DNA of 64,000 bases from assembly GCF_009914755.1 (NCBI RefSeq), contig NC_060931.1. One strand, given 5' to 3'. The notes beneath the pieces are model-generated. The model ran no database searches. It saw only the letters and a program-made list of their open reading frames with translations, and was not told where the DNA came from. The translations under genes and the position numbers were made by a program. Of this stretch, positions 15,454 through 28,899 are shown in pieces (within the stretch, counting starts at the first letter, position 1; each line of letters opens with the position of its first letter). This stretch comes from the human T2T-CHM13v2.0 reference genome, Homo sapiens.

Positions 15454-16658
15454 GCTCTCAGTATAAAATTTCTAATTATACATCCAATGGACAAGTGAAG
15501 GTAGAATAATACACAGGAGAACAGAGAACCAGCTCCCAGAGGCCTCCTGAAAGGTAGTAACAGAAAATCACCAGTTCCATGGTTATGTTTCAAAACAATA
15601 TTATCAGCCAATATATACTTACTGGATACCAAACGGCAGCAGAGAAAAGAGAAAGGGTGGGGAAGAGGAGAGAAGTATACCAGGAGACATGGCAACTATC
15701 CTCCAAGACGTTAAATAGGAATGTGAGGCTGGTACTGACACTATGAGGGGCCACACTACAAGTGAAATAGTAGTAATATAGGAGTTTACAGGAAGGAAAC
15801 ACCTCAGGGCTACAATCCAGGGGAAGTACCTTGCAGAAAGAATGGAGATTCACAGAAGTGTATTCTAGAGAGAAAAGAAGTCATCAAAAGCTTAGAAACA
15901 GGCAAGCCCATGGCAATATTTAGAAGGTAGTGAGCAGATAAAAATTACTAGAGAGGGAAGAAATTAAAACTAAGATTAGAAAGGTGGGTTTCACCAAATG
16001 ATCAGGGTCTGGAATGCTTAGCTAGATAGTTAGGACTTGATGTGGGAAGTAACAAAGAACTGTGAAATGTTCTCAGAGACACAATGGTTAGATGGACAGA
16101 GGTCTGGGTTTTTATCAGCACATGAACACGAAAGGTATCAGCAACTAAGGAATACAGTCCATTAGTTTAATCTCAAATCAAAAACAGGAATAGAAATACC
16201 AATAGATTCTGCTACCTGACAAGGAGAATCATCAACCCACCTCTGCCTCAAGAGTTTAATTTCAAAAATTTGATATTTATCTTAACACAAAATGGCCACT
16301 AAGCTCCTGTTTTGTTTTAATCTCCTTTTTTTGTAATCATCCATTTTATAAATATTTATATAATGTCTCTTACTATAGTGCCTTACAGCAAAACCTCATC
16401 ATTTTCTATTTCTAGCAAAGAAAGAAAAACACATAAAGGTGAACAGTAGAAATTTATGTTTGATCAGCAAGTTGTTTGCTCTCTCACTAGCACACTTAAA
16501 GGAATAAATATTTAAAACACATGGCATAATGCTCCTAAATATTTAACAGAGACATGGCACAATAATTTGATCACTGCTTCAACATAAGTACCCTTAATTA
16601 ACAAGTTTTAAATTAAAATGCTTAAATAAATTGGAGGCTATTAAAGAAAAAGTAACTA

Positions 16659-18798
16659 CAGTCATGCACTACATAACAACATTTTGGTCAACAAGAGACC
16701 ACATATACCCACTGTTGACTAAAAAGCCAAATTGTAAAATACTCGAAGAGATTTATTCTGAGCCAAATGTAAGGACCATGACCCATGACAAAGCCTCAAG
16801 GGGTCCTCAGAACATGTGCCCAAGGTGGTTGGGTTACAGCTTGATTTTATGTTTTAGGGAGACATAAGACATCAATCAATACATGTGAGGTATATATTGG
16901 TTTGGTCCAGAAAGGTGGGACAACTCAAAGAGGAGATGAGAGGAAAGAGGGATGGTTTACAGGTCATAGGTAGATTCAAAGATGTTCTGACTGGCAACTG
17001 GTTGAAAGAGTTAAGTTATCAGCAGAAAGAATCAGCAGAAAGGAGTACCTGGGTTACGATAAGGAGTTGTGAAGACCAAGGTTCTTACTATGTAGAAGAA
17101 GTCTTATAGGTGGCACCCTTAGAGGTAATATACGGCAAACGTTTCCTATTCAGACCTTTAAGCTACTCTCTTCAGGATCAGAAAAAGACCTGGAAAGGGA
17201 AGGGGATTCTCTACAGAATGTAAATTTTCCCCAAAAGAGACAGCTTTGCACAGCTATTTCAAAATATGCCAAAGAAATATATATTAGGGCAAAATACTTT
17301 GACTTCTTTCAGGGCTTGCTATCTGTCATGTGATGCTATATTAGAGTCAGTTTGGAATCTGGTATCTTATTTCCTTTCACACTACAAAGAGTCTGTTTTG
17401 TCAGTCTTAAGATCTGTATCTTAATGTTAATGCCGGTCAGTTGTGCCTGAATTCCAAAAAGAAGAGAATATAATGAGGCATGTCTGACTCCCCCTTCCCG
17501 TCATGGCCTGAACTAGTTTTTCACGAATCCTAAGAGGAGTCCATTCAGTAGACTGAGGAGCTTAGAACTTTATTTTTGGTTTACACCATAGACTACAGTG
17601 GTCCTATAAGACTGTAATGCTTTACAAGCTATCTTTTCCTAAACATTTAAATAAAAAAAGATTATAATGGAGCTGGAAAATTCCTAACACTCTGTGTCAC
17701 TGCAGCCTAGTAACAGCACAGCACAACATGTTACTCACGTGTCTGTGATGATGCTAGTGTAAACAAACCTAGTCAGCTGCCACTCATATAAAGTCTAGCA
17801 CACACAATTATGTACTACATAATACGTGATAATGACAATAAATGACTATGTTGCTGGCTTATGTATTTACTATACTATATTTCTTATTGGTATTTAGAAT
17901 ATATTCCTCCTACTTATAAAAAAAGAAGTTACCCATAAAACAGCCTCAGGCAGGTCCTTCTGGAGGTATCAAGAAGAAGGCATTGTTATCACAGGAGATG
18001 ACAGCTCCATGTGCGTTACTACCCCTGAAGGCCTTCCAGCAGGACAAAATGTGGAGGTGGAAGACAGTGATATTGATGATCCTGGCCCTGGGTAGGCCTA
18101 GGCTAATGTGTGTGTTTGTATCTTCATTTTTAACAAAAAGTTTTAGAAGTAAAAAAGAAAAAAAAAACTAAACAGAAAAGAGCTTATAGAATAAATACAT
18201 AAAGAAATATTTTGTACATCTGTACAATGTGCTTGCTTTAAGGTGTGCTATTATAAAGTCAAAAGTTTTAAAATTAAAAAGTTTATAAAGTAAAAAAGTT
18301 ACAGTAAGCTAAGGCTAATGTATTAGTGGAGAAAGAAAATGTTTAAATAAATTGAGTTTAGCCTAAGTGTACAGGGTTTATAATGTCTACAGTAGTGTAC
18401 ACTACTGTCCTAAGCCTTCACATTCACTCACTGCTCATTCACTGACCCACCCAGAACAACTTCCAGTCCTGTAAGTTCCATTCATGATAAGTCTCCTGTA
18501 CAGATGTATCATTTGTCATCTTTTATACCATATTTTTATGGTATCATTTCTATATTTAGGTATGTTTAAATGCACAAATACTTGCCATTGTGTTCCAATT
18601 GCCTATGGTATTCAGGACAATAATATGCTGTACAGGTTTGTAGTCTAGAAGCAACAGGCTATACCATACAGCCTAAGTGTACAGTAGGCTGTACCACCTA
18701 GGTCTGTGTAAGTAGAGGCTATGATGTCTGCACAATGACAAAATTGCCTAACGCCACATTTCTCAGAATGCATCCCACTGTTAAACGACGCATGATTA
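16659..18798 (+). mobile_element. Tigger3b-like (TcMar-Tigger) non-autonomous DNA transposon, interrupted
   Basis: Termini TA|cagtcatgca ... cgacgcatgatta|TA with TA duplication. Internal Tigger3/MER7 sequence such as gattataatggagctggaaaattcct. Confidence 0.9.
16713..17585 (-). mobile_element. MER4D-like solo LTR (ERV1) nested in Tigger3
   Basis: Minus strand starts tgtaaaccaaaaataaagttctaagc and ends gtcaaca. 4-bp TSD ccac / ccat. AATAAA at 16752-16757 (minus). Confidence 0.85.
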
Positions 18799-19344
18799 TA
18801 CTATGATTAATGTGGTTATATGGGCATAAATATCGTGGGAATTTAAAAGGAATCTAAGATTTTATAAGAATTCTGAAGTCACGTTATTTTACTCTGAGTT
18901 AAGTAAAATTGCTTTAGCAATTAAGTTTTGAGTTAACATAAAGCTATATCTAGAAATAATCTCAAAAAACCATTTATGGCCAAAGTATTTGAATTAACAT
19001 ATGCTGAATATTCTTTCAAATATTCTGAAATCTGAGTATTAATATACATAATAAAGTATCACTCTAGCAGTTGTCATTCTTCAGCAACAAAAGATGGCCG
19101 TATAAAACAGAATCCTGTCAACCTTCTTATGTAACTGTAGAATATACAGCCATGGGAATAACCTCAGTGTCACGATTCATTTACAAAATGATCTCTGAAC
19201 AGGATGTCAACCTAGGCAATTAGGTATTATTCAATATTGAGTAGCAGAAAGGGGTTGCTTCAACAAACAAGGAAAATTTGAGCACTGCTCAAGCTCAACC
19301 AAAGACATGTACACATGTATAGGTGCTTGTGCAAGTATGTGTGT

Positions 19345-19731
19345 GTTACTGAGGTACAACTTATATAGAATAAAGTACAAAGATCTCAAATGATAGCTTA
19401 GTGATTTTTACATATGTAGATCATGAGAAAACCACCAAGACAGTATTTTCAGCACTCCAGAAGACTCTTCTGTGCTCCCTCCCAGGTCAAACCATTATTT
19501 GAACTCTATTGCTATAGTTTAGTTTTGCTTTTTCTTGACCACCATATAGAAGTTATCAAACAACATGAACACATTTGGGTCTGGCTTCTTTGGCTCAACA
19601 TTAAGTCTATAAAATTAATCTATCAATAGCCTGTTCTTTTTAATTTGCTAAGAATGCACCACAATTATCCATTCTACTATTGACGGACATTTGAGTTAGA
19701 GGCTATTAGGAATTAAGCTATTATTAACAAT

Positions 19732-19777
<46 letters not shown>

Positions 19778-19890
19778 ACATACGCATCGCAAGCATTTTT
19801 GTTGAATATGTACTTAGGAGTGCAAACTGCCAGGTCGTTAGGCAGACATACGCTTGGCTTCAGTAGATTCTGCCAATGATCACGAAAAAG
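19345..19890 (-). mobile_element. L1M(E) 3' fragment
   Basis: tgggtctggcttctttggctcaacat and atccattctactattgacggacatttgag are antisense L1 3' motifs. Confidence 0.7.
19737..19776. repeat. (TG)20 microsatellite
   Basis: Perfect dinucleotide run. Confidence 0.98.
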
Positions 19891-20019
19891 CCATGGCCTA
19901 AAGAGAACTTTCAAAAACAGACTATCACCTTCTTGAGTAAGGTAAACAAACACACAAAAATAGCACCAAACTATCTTCCTCCCTTGCCAAAAAAAGGTGC
20001 AAAGCTATAGAGAGCTTAA

Positions 20020-20095
20020 TTTTCAAAGATGTCATATAGTCAGGACTGAAAAAAGAACTGAAGAAAGATTTAGACAAATTTATGGATGATACTAT
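20020..20095 (+). mobile_element. Possible CR1/L3 3' remnant
   Basis: aagaaagatttagacaaatttatggatgat resembles the CR1 ORF end (KKDLDKFMD). Confidence 0.45.
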
Positions 20096-21577
20096 AAATT
20101 ACCTGAAAGAGGATGGATGTAGGATATACTCGACATAAAACAGACATGAAAGAAGATATAACTGAAGGTTTATACTGAATAGATACAAGGACTGACTTTT
20201 GGCAATGGAACCAATGGTATATGTCCATGAACCTTAGCAAGCAAACACTGCAATTTCTATTCAATATCAAAAAGACAGAAGCAGAGTGTCAGGGACTCAT
20301 TTAATGGGAGTAGGAAATGTAAGAAACCACACAGTCAATCTTTTTTAAAGGTGAGGGGGCACGCACAACACCACAAAAACGACACCTGGCCCAGTACCAG
20401 GTACACATTTTAATGGATGGCAACTGAAATACCAAATGTTTTGGTCATCAAGATGCATGTCCAGTGTCCAGTGGGTAGAAGAGGGAAGGTCAAAAGTATA
20501 TTCCTCTTGCCTCAAAGGGATTTGCCTGATGCATGAGTATGATTAGAGCACATAATTCCCTGTCTGTGTTGCTCCAAAGATTGTCCTCGTTCCAGGGTTC
20601 CATTTCTTTTCAGCAAAACAAGGCATCCCTTTTTCTTTCCCATACAACGTGTCAGCTTTAGAAACTGTAATCTCCTTTCTAAACTATATCAATAGATGGA
20701 TATTTTGACAAATGCTGATGCTTTCTTCAAAAAAGTAGTATTTGTCCCCTGAAATGATCACCTTTTTCATACCAAGTGGTTGTGTCATATTTACACAACC
20801 ATGGAAGTTCTTGACACCTTTAAGGTACACCTTCACACCAAAATCAAGCTTCAAATTCAATAGTACCTTCATCCTCAATGATTCCAAATCACAATTAAAA
20901 AAGAAAGCCTGGTTCTTTGCTTTCAATCAATATAATCCCCTAACAGTCCAAGCAGCAAAACAGTCACATAAAATATTTTAGCTTTGTATATTTAGAAGAG
21001 AGAAACCGATCCAGCAAGGTGATCAATCAATTTTCAATTACATTTGGCATCTCAACAAGAAGACAGGGCATGTACTTACAACTGAAATTAGTCACTAAAT
21101 GAGGGAGTTCATACTTTAAGGATTCCACAAACTTCCAGAGTATGTAAATTTGCACTATTATTCACTAAGAAAGCAGCATTTTTTTCTTTTAACAACAATT
21201 CACCTAGACATTCTACATTGTCACAATTTTAAAAGAATACAGGAGTATTCTAAATGCCCGAAATTAAAGCCAAATAGATGACTATAATTAAGTAAAGAAT
21301 TTGCAATTAAATAGATGTATAGATTTTTACATGGAGTTTGCATATAAAAGATACCCAGTCAAAATATATAATGCATGTATCTAGACCCCTTTCTTTATAA
21401 GTTCACCTTTAAGTTTTCAGAATATATTATAAAGTTCAAATTTATACTCTTAGCACTCTGATTGAATTAATAAAGATCCTCTTTATGCTATTAAAACAAA
21501 CTGGTAAACCAATATTCTAAAACACAAATACTTAACATGAAGTTTAGCTCATACATTATTTTATACAGAATACTTAC

Positions 21578-21655
21578 TACATCAAACTTCTGAGTGATGT
21601 TCCCCTGGACATCAAGTAAATAAACCTTGCCATAATGTGTGCCCAATGCCAAAAA
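21578..21655 (-). CDS. VPS41: VPS41 coding exon 4 (78 nt, phase 0/0), FLALGTHYGKVYLLDVQGNITQKFDV (start of beta-propeller)
   Basis: Minus strand reads ttaactggcctctttgttcttcttacag|TTTTTGGCA...TTTGATGTA|gtaagt. Continues exon 3 in frame, aa 57-82. Confidence 0.98.
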
Positions 21656-21702
21656 CTGTAAGAAGAACAAAGAGGCCAGTTAATTAATTAATAATACTAT
21701 TA
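21656..21702 (-). promoter_or_regulatory. Exon 4 acceptor with stacked branch-point motifs
   Basis: Minus strand attaattaattaac then tggcctctttgttcttcttacag. TTAAC branch A at about -25, further TTAAT at about -29 and -33. Confidence 0.6.
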
Positions 21703-24114
21703 ATACACAAGTAGTAACAAAACCATTTTTAAAGACAAGATGCTTAATGCATAAATGATCTGCAATGTCTCAAAAGATATGCATGCCTTGGAGAAGGCTT
21801 GTTTCCAGCTTCTGGGAAATAACAGAACAGGGCCTATTTTATTGTGATAGTGCAAGCCAGCTGTCAGAATGACTCATGAGGACCCTCATCTACTGACAAC
21901 TAATGGTGTGTATGCAGTCTATACACAATGCCTGATGGACTGAGGCAGTAAATTAAATGCAGCGGTGAAAACACGACCAACCTACAGTTGAACTCAAAGT
22001 GAGAAAAGAATGATTCAGAAACTCCCCCTAATTTATGGCAAATGTGTAAATCAGTGCTATCGCTTAAGCTGCACACATACACAAACAACAAATTATTTTT
22101 TCGAATGGAAAATACATGCCATATTGAGAGACCGAAAATCTCAGGTGTACTTATACCATCAGTTAGCTTTAGGATGCTTCTATAAAAGTTAATATATAAT
22201 GTTGAGTGTTAATGTTTATATTATCATGCAAAATAAAAACCCTTTTGTGTTCTAAAATAACTGTCAAAAAATACTCATTTTATGTCGTAAGTCCTACTGT
22301 TTCTTTAATTCTCTGAACTAACCTTAAGTAAACCAGAAGAAACTTTAGGACTACCTGAAATATGACATGAGAGTTTTCTTCCTTTTTATTTATTTCAGCA
22401 TTACTCAAATAGTCCAAAATTCTCTGTATTTCATTGCATGTGAGCATGCTTCATTGCAACCCATAATGAAACGCTCAAATTTACAGGCACTACTAAGTGT
22501 TTCAGTCAAGCAGCACAATCTTTAAAAAATAACCTTACAGAAAGTCAAGATTTAAAAGGATTTATCAAAATGGAATTGCTTAAAATGAAATTTCAGTTCA
22601 GGCACTTAAAATATGAAGCTACATTAAAGAGGAGTCACAAAAAGGGAAAGAAGGAGTTCATTAGAAATTCATCCCCTGCAATGCCTTTCACTCCTGCAAG
22701 GTTGCCTTTTTTCAGGAAGAAAAAAGTCCCCAGGGTAAAAAAAATCAATACTGGTTAATAAAACATCAGGTGTGCAGACATAACTAGGTATGACGATTCC
22801 GCTGCACAGGCCTGCCTGAATGCACCAGGTGCCATGACGATTAGTCATCCAGGGCAGACAGCAAGCCTGGTGAAAACACAATGCTTGGGCGCTGGAAGGG
22901 AAAGGGGAAACAGGTAATTCTGGGGGGAAATTAGTCTGAATAGTTAAACCAAACAGGAATGTTTCCTCCAAAGCAAAAGAATGTTCTAATCAGAAACAGA
23001 GAACTCAAATGATTGTAATTTTACCTCTACAGTGACACTGACAATATTTAAATAGAAAAACACCACATACGATAAGAATTGAAAACAATACTCCATTCTG
23101 AGGCTATCTGTGGTAAAAGAATGGGTCTTAAAAGCTCACTGCTCCCCAAGTATTTCACAATATTGATTCTCCTCATAAATACCGTATTTAGTTTGTTAGG
23201 AAACTAAGGGAGAAGGGAGCTTGGATCTTTAAAACGCTTTAATGCTGCCATTCTCTGACACCTCTGTAAAGGCCACTTTTGAACTTCTAATTACATTTTA
23301 TTTTATGGAAGTCAGAAGTTTTATGTAATTTACCCAAGTTTTAATTCCTTCCCTTCTTTTTTCTAAATTTCTCATTTCATTCATTTAATCTTTAAAATAG
23401 AAAGAAAACATAAAATAATTATTTTGACTTTACAGTCTCATCCTAAAACTAAAACTATGTTAGAACATTTTGGAAAAAAAAGATTCAGTGATTTTTATGA
23501 CAAGCTATCTTGTGTTTAGGAAAACATTTCATTATCAGATTAGATAAATTAGTGTTATCCACTTTTAGAAATATATACTCTTCAAAAAAAGTTTACTAAG
23601 CCAATTATAGTTATTTAACTACCAATATTATGGATGAGTCATATTTTCATCATTTGCTAATACTTTCCACTACTTAAAATATAACAAAAAATGCAAAATG
23701 GCCACAAATGTGACAACATAAATACAAATTCTCAAATTTTACCCACCTTCCAGCCATTAAAAGCCTTGAACTTTTGTAATTATTGAGTTTTGTTTCTTTT
23801 TTTTTTTCACCTGAATGTACTTAAAATTCAAGATGGGCAAAGAATAAATATAATTTCACTAGACCCTTTCATGTTTAATTACAGAAACTTGACTCATTTT
23901 CTATACTACCAGATTGGGCATCATCCACTAAGCACAACTGCTTTTACCTTAAACTTCATGTAAGTAACTTAAGTAACTGATAAATGTACATCCATAAAGA
24001 CTGGACTTTATGTAAGGAAACAAGCAGAAAAGGTGATAAGCAGTCCTTTGGACAATGCAAAGGAAACAAGAGTAGTCCATTTTAAATCTGGTCAACTGTC
24101 TAATATCATCTACC

Positions 24115-24270
24115 TTCACATAGTGTTTTATAGTATTCAAAGCATTACAGCAGGGAGTGCCTTCAATTACACATGAGGAAATAAGCTCAGAAAGTTGATG
24201 AGACTTCCCTGGAAACAGTCGATGAGTAGCAGAATTAGGATCAGAATTAAAAGCTAAAACACTCAACTGG
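24115..24270 (-). mobile_element. MIR
   Basis: MIR core ttacacatgaggaaataagctcagaaagttg. Confidence 0.65.
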
Positions 24271-25939
24271 ATCAGAATCCTCTTAAATAGAAACATGGAC
24301 TTCAGATAAAGAGTGCATGTTCTAAAAGTTAGCATTGATTACAGTTCCCAAACATCAGGCTCTTTGGCAAAGTTGGTTTACGTACAATGTTAATGAAGTT
24401 TGACCTCTAGGCAGGCAAACTTTGTTCTCCATTTCATTCATTCACTGGTTCATTCAACAAACACACACAAAAAAAAAACACTCTATAATACGCTTAGACA
24501 ATGACCAAGTGTGACTTAAAAGGGTTATGGTATAATGAGGGAAACAGACATAAAAATGGATTAATTACAATTAAATTTAAAGAGAATGCTTAAAATGGAA
24601 GTATCTCTAAGACCCTATGGAACATAGTAGATGACAGCTGTGCTGAACTTTAAAAAAGAAATTAGAAAATAGACACCAAGGCAGACAGGGTAGGCTTGTA
24701 GTAAAAACCATTTTAGGCAGAGTGGCTACAACTTGCTCAAAGGCACAGAGACACATAAAATGCAGGACAAAGTCAAGAAATTATGGATGACACATCTAAT
24801 TCATGCCCAGGGGAAGAGACAGGTGATAAGGTTGGAAAGGTCAGCTAATAAGAGGCATTCAAATATTTATGGAGAGATGAAAGGCAGGAAAGTAGAGGAA
24901 ATCAGGGTGGGAAGGCCCAAATCATTAAGTCATCAAGAAGCCAATAAAGAATTCTAAGAAGGAGGATTACATGATCAGGTTGAGGTTTCTGGAAGATTAC
25001 TTTAGTAGAATGTTATGAACAGACTAGAGTGAAAGCAAATCTGAAGGAAAATAGACAAGTTCACAGTATGTGCATTAGTTCCCAGGAAAAATAAAGAATA
25101 CCTGAACAAAGAAAAGAGCTCCAGATGTGTGTGGATCAAGCAGAATGTGGTGTTGTGAATAGAAACAGCCAAGTGTTGTGGCCAGAGCACCACACTTATG
25201 GCAGAAAGTGGTTAAGACAGAAGCCAATAATAGACAGGGAGCAAGATCTTAGAGAGCCTTAGATACAACATTAACGAGCTCAGGTCTTATTTCGTAGTTG
25301 ATGAAAAATCATACAAGAGTTTTAATATCTGTATTTTCAGCAGATTATTCTGGCAACCAGGTGGCAGATGGGTTTAAAGTAGAAAAATTAGAGGCACAAG
25401 AGATTCTTTTATTTACTCTGTGGAGGCAGTAGAAGATAAGAGCCTAAGCCAGAGCAAGAGTAGTAAGAAAATCACCAGGACTTAGCAAATGGCTGGGTGA
25501 AAGCAGAGGATTCATCCGTGGCTTAGGTGACAAAGGAGGTGGTGATGCCACCAAATGGGATAAAGAACAAAGATAGATCCAAGTTTAGAGGGAAATGAAA
25601 ATGAATTCATTATGGACATGCTGAGGTTCAGGAAAAAAGACAACAGCAGATAAAGATGTTTAAGAGGCAACTAAGTAAATATGCATGCTATTCCAGTGAA
25701 GGTCAGTGTGCAGGTGGTCACAGAAATCCTGAGATTTAAAACCAAGATAAAGTATAAATTAAGAAGAAATGTGGATAATGGACCAAATCCTAGGAAAGCC
25801 AACACGTAAAGGAAAAGTGGAGGCAAACAAAGGAAAGTGAAAGAAACAGAAAGGAATGTCACAAATGATCAATAGGAAAAGAATGGTGTCACGATAAAGA
25901 AGTTTTGAGAAGAAAGGTGAGATCCAGAATTTAGAATCA

Positions 25940-26190
25940 GCAAAATGTCCATCAGCTGATGAATGGATAGACAAAACATGGCATACCTATACAATGGAAT
26001 ACTGTTCAGCAAAAAAAAGGAATGAAGTACTGATACATGCTACATCATGAATGAACCTCAAAATCATTACATTAAGTGAAAGAAACCAAACACAAGAGAT
26101 CAAATAATGTTGACTGCATTTACATGAAATACACCAAAATAGGCAAATCTATATAGATATGAGGTAGATTTCTGGTTACTTGGAGGTAGC
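25940..26190 (+). mobile_element. L1M(C/D/E) 3' fragment
   Basis: aaatgtccatcagctgatgaatggatagacaaaa...acaatggaatactgttcagc. Confidence 0.8.
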
Positions 26191-26297
26191 ATTAGGTATG
26201 TTCCAATATATAGTATGCATCTCTGGGAAACAAGGGAGGAAATGTGATGAAGTGAAGAACAAAAGATTCATGAATAGGAGAAAGAAAATCTGTGGGT

Positions 26298-26668
<371 letters not shown>

Positions 26669-27783
26669 TCATACCTGACATTTTCAATCTTCTTACATAG
26701 AAATGACATCATCCTCTAAGAAAGAAGGGACAATGGTTCAGAAGAGGGCCTGAGGACTAAAGAAACTGACAAAGGACAAATAATTCAGAGCAATTTTTAG
26801 TGACAACTTTACCTAGGTGTGTGAGTCTATACCAGCACATGGCTGCACTTGTCATGAAAGCACTAATTCAGGGTTGAGAGTATGGCTGAGGGGCACAACG
26901 GGAAGACAGGGATGTATGAGAACTGAAGATGCTGGTAAGATAGAGTTAGGATAATCAATCATTTCACAGACACAGAAAAATAAAAGAAAAAGAATGAAAG
27001 GATTAGAGATCAGGACTCCATAAAGTCATATAGCTTGTGGGAAAATGAGCACAAAAGCTTGAAGTATAACAAGGGTCAACAGAGAGTGTCACAGAGGCTA
27101 AGATCCTCAAGTTCCAGTGCTGACACCATCCAAAGTGTGGCCTTATCAATGGGGAGATGAAACAGAGAAGAGGTAAGGGTCACTGGAATGAAATTTGGTT
27201 GAAGAACTACAAGGCCAATATTCAATGAGTGAAGAAAAGGGACCAGAAGTTGGAGAATGGCAGCAATGAAAAGGGGTCGATGGCATTGCAGCCAAATGGC
27301 TGGCATCTCAAAGGAGAAGGTTGCTGGTAAAACATGAGAAAGAAGGCATACATTCTAATAAAGTGTTGGGGGTACAGGACTCTATTTACAATGAAACAAA
27401 ATTTGAAGTAAAAAGGAACTGGGTGGGAAGCAAGCGGGAGGATGAGGCCAACTGCTAGTAACATAGGATAAAGCCAGGAGATGGATCAGACAAGAGCAGT
27501 TTGCTTTTTGTGGAAGGAGTAAAACTTACAAGGTCACAGGGAAGAAGAGAGCAATGGGTGAAGCTCCCTGCCCCCCAATATTCTGACTATGACACAAACT
27601 GTTTTGGTCCAAGAATAGGCTAACGGTGCTATCTAGTACTTACCCTGGACTCAGAAAGTTGGTGAGAGCTTTGTTACGGCAAGGACCCAGATGTGGAATA
27701 AATTCATTCATTCGTATAAGTAATAATTTGGGGCATTTCTACTATTCATAACACCTACAATGTAATCCCTTATACTTTCCAAT

Positions 27784-27828
27784 AATAACTTAATAAAAGA
27801 ATAACTTAATAAAAGAATAACTTAAAAG
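27784..27828. repeat. 16-bp tandem repeat, about 2.7 copies
   Basis: aataacttaataaaag twice plus a partial copy. Confidence 0.9.
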
Positions 27829-28179
27829 CACTGAGCTTCCCATTATTTCTAATCTTAACAGGTTCCTAATTGAATCCTTATAATTTGAGGAATTAAGTGA
27901 GCGACAGAGTTGCCAAAACCCGTTTCATATAAATCTTTGACTTTGATCACTGTCTACATTCTACTTAATACAGTCTTGGAGTGTGTTGTATGTGTGTGAA
28001 TGGGCGCGTACACACATATAAAATATTTGGGGTTTTTTGTTGGCAAGGAGGAAGAGAGCAGTGGCAAGGAGACAGAATCACTGTAAAAAGCCACCACCAA
28101 AAACATCAGGACTCCAAAGCACAAGCAAATTTACAATGGAAACAATTTACAGAAGAATCCTCTGAAAGTGCTATCTTAC

Positions 28180-28287
28180 CTTGTCATGGACTGTCATGCA
28201 GCTAGCTGCATCCTTCTGAAGTATTTCAGTTACCCCATTGGAAAGCCTTTCATACTTCAGCTTGGGTTCCTCTTCGCTCTCTTCTTC
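28180..28287 (-). CDS. VPS41: VPS41 coding exon 3 (108 nt, phase 0/0), EEESEEEPKLKYERLSNGVTEILQKDAASCMTVHDK
   Basis: Minus strand reads ctgacgggtgtcatttttctttgccgtttgtgcag|GAAGAAGAG...CATGACAAG|gtaaga. Open frame with the conserved Vps41 EPKLKYERL motif, aa 21-56. Confidence 0.98.
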
Positions 28288-28899
28288 CTGCACAAACGGC
28301 AAAGAAAAATGACACCCGTCAGAGATTTATTTGTTTTGAAAACCTCAAAACACACTTCTTACGAGAGAACCAGAGATGGTTCCTTCAATGATGTTAATAA
28401 TTCCAACTACAGCTAAAGGTTAAAATCTTCATATTTCATCTTGCCTAGGTATATCAATTGCTGTAACTTCACTGGTAAAATAAATTCAAAAGTTGAAAAC
28501 AAGAGTATACAGACTTGGTGTTATATTGTCACTAACTTTACATGTTCAACCTTACTATTTGGTACGGCTTCATAAACTATTCTTAATCCTCACAGTTATG
28601 GAATAAAGTTAGTAATCAATATTTACTATAATGGCCTGGAATTAATAAATCAAGGAGAGTTGTAAAAATTATTATAATAATGATTCAGAGTAAGATTTTA
28701 TTTTACTTCAATAAGTAATAGGAAACAAAAAGTTTACATATGGAGAACTGTGATGGCATAAAACTAGCCAAAACAGAAGTTCATAAAAATAATCTACTCA
28801 TTGACATTAGCTAGAGGGTGAAGACTATGGAATTACCGTGGTTTGTAGAGTCAAAAAACCATTCAAACCACCATAATTGCATAGTCTTCACCCTCCAGC

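Noticed and set aside
21572-21583. Tandem GTAGTA donor at exon 4 that could drop Val82
   Set aside because: The upstream option GAT|GTAGTA is far weaker than GTA|GTAAGT; no evidence of use.
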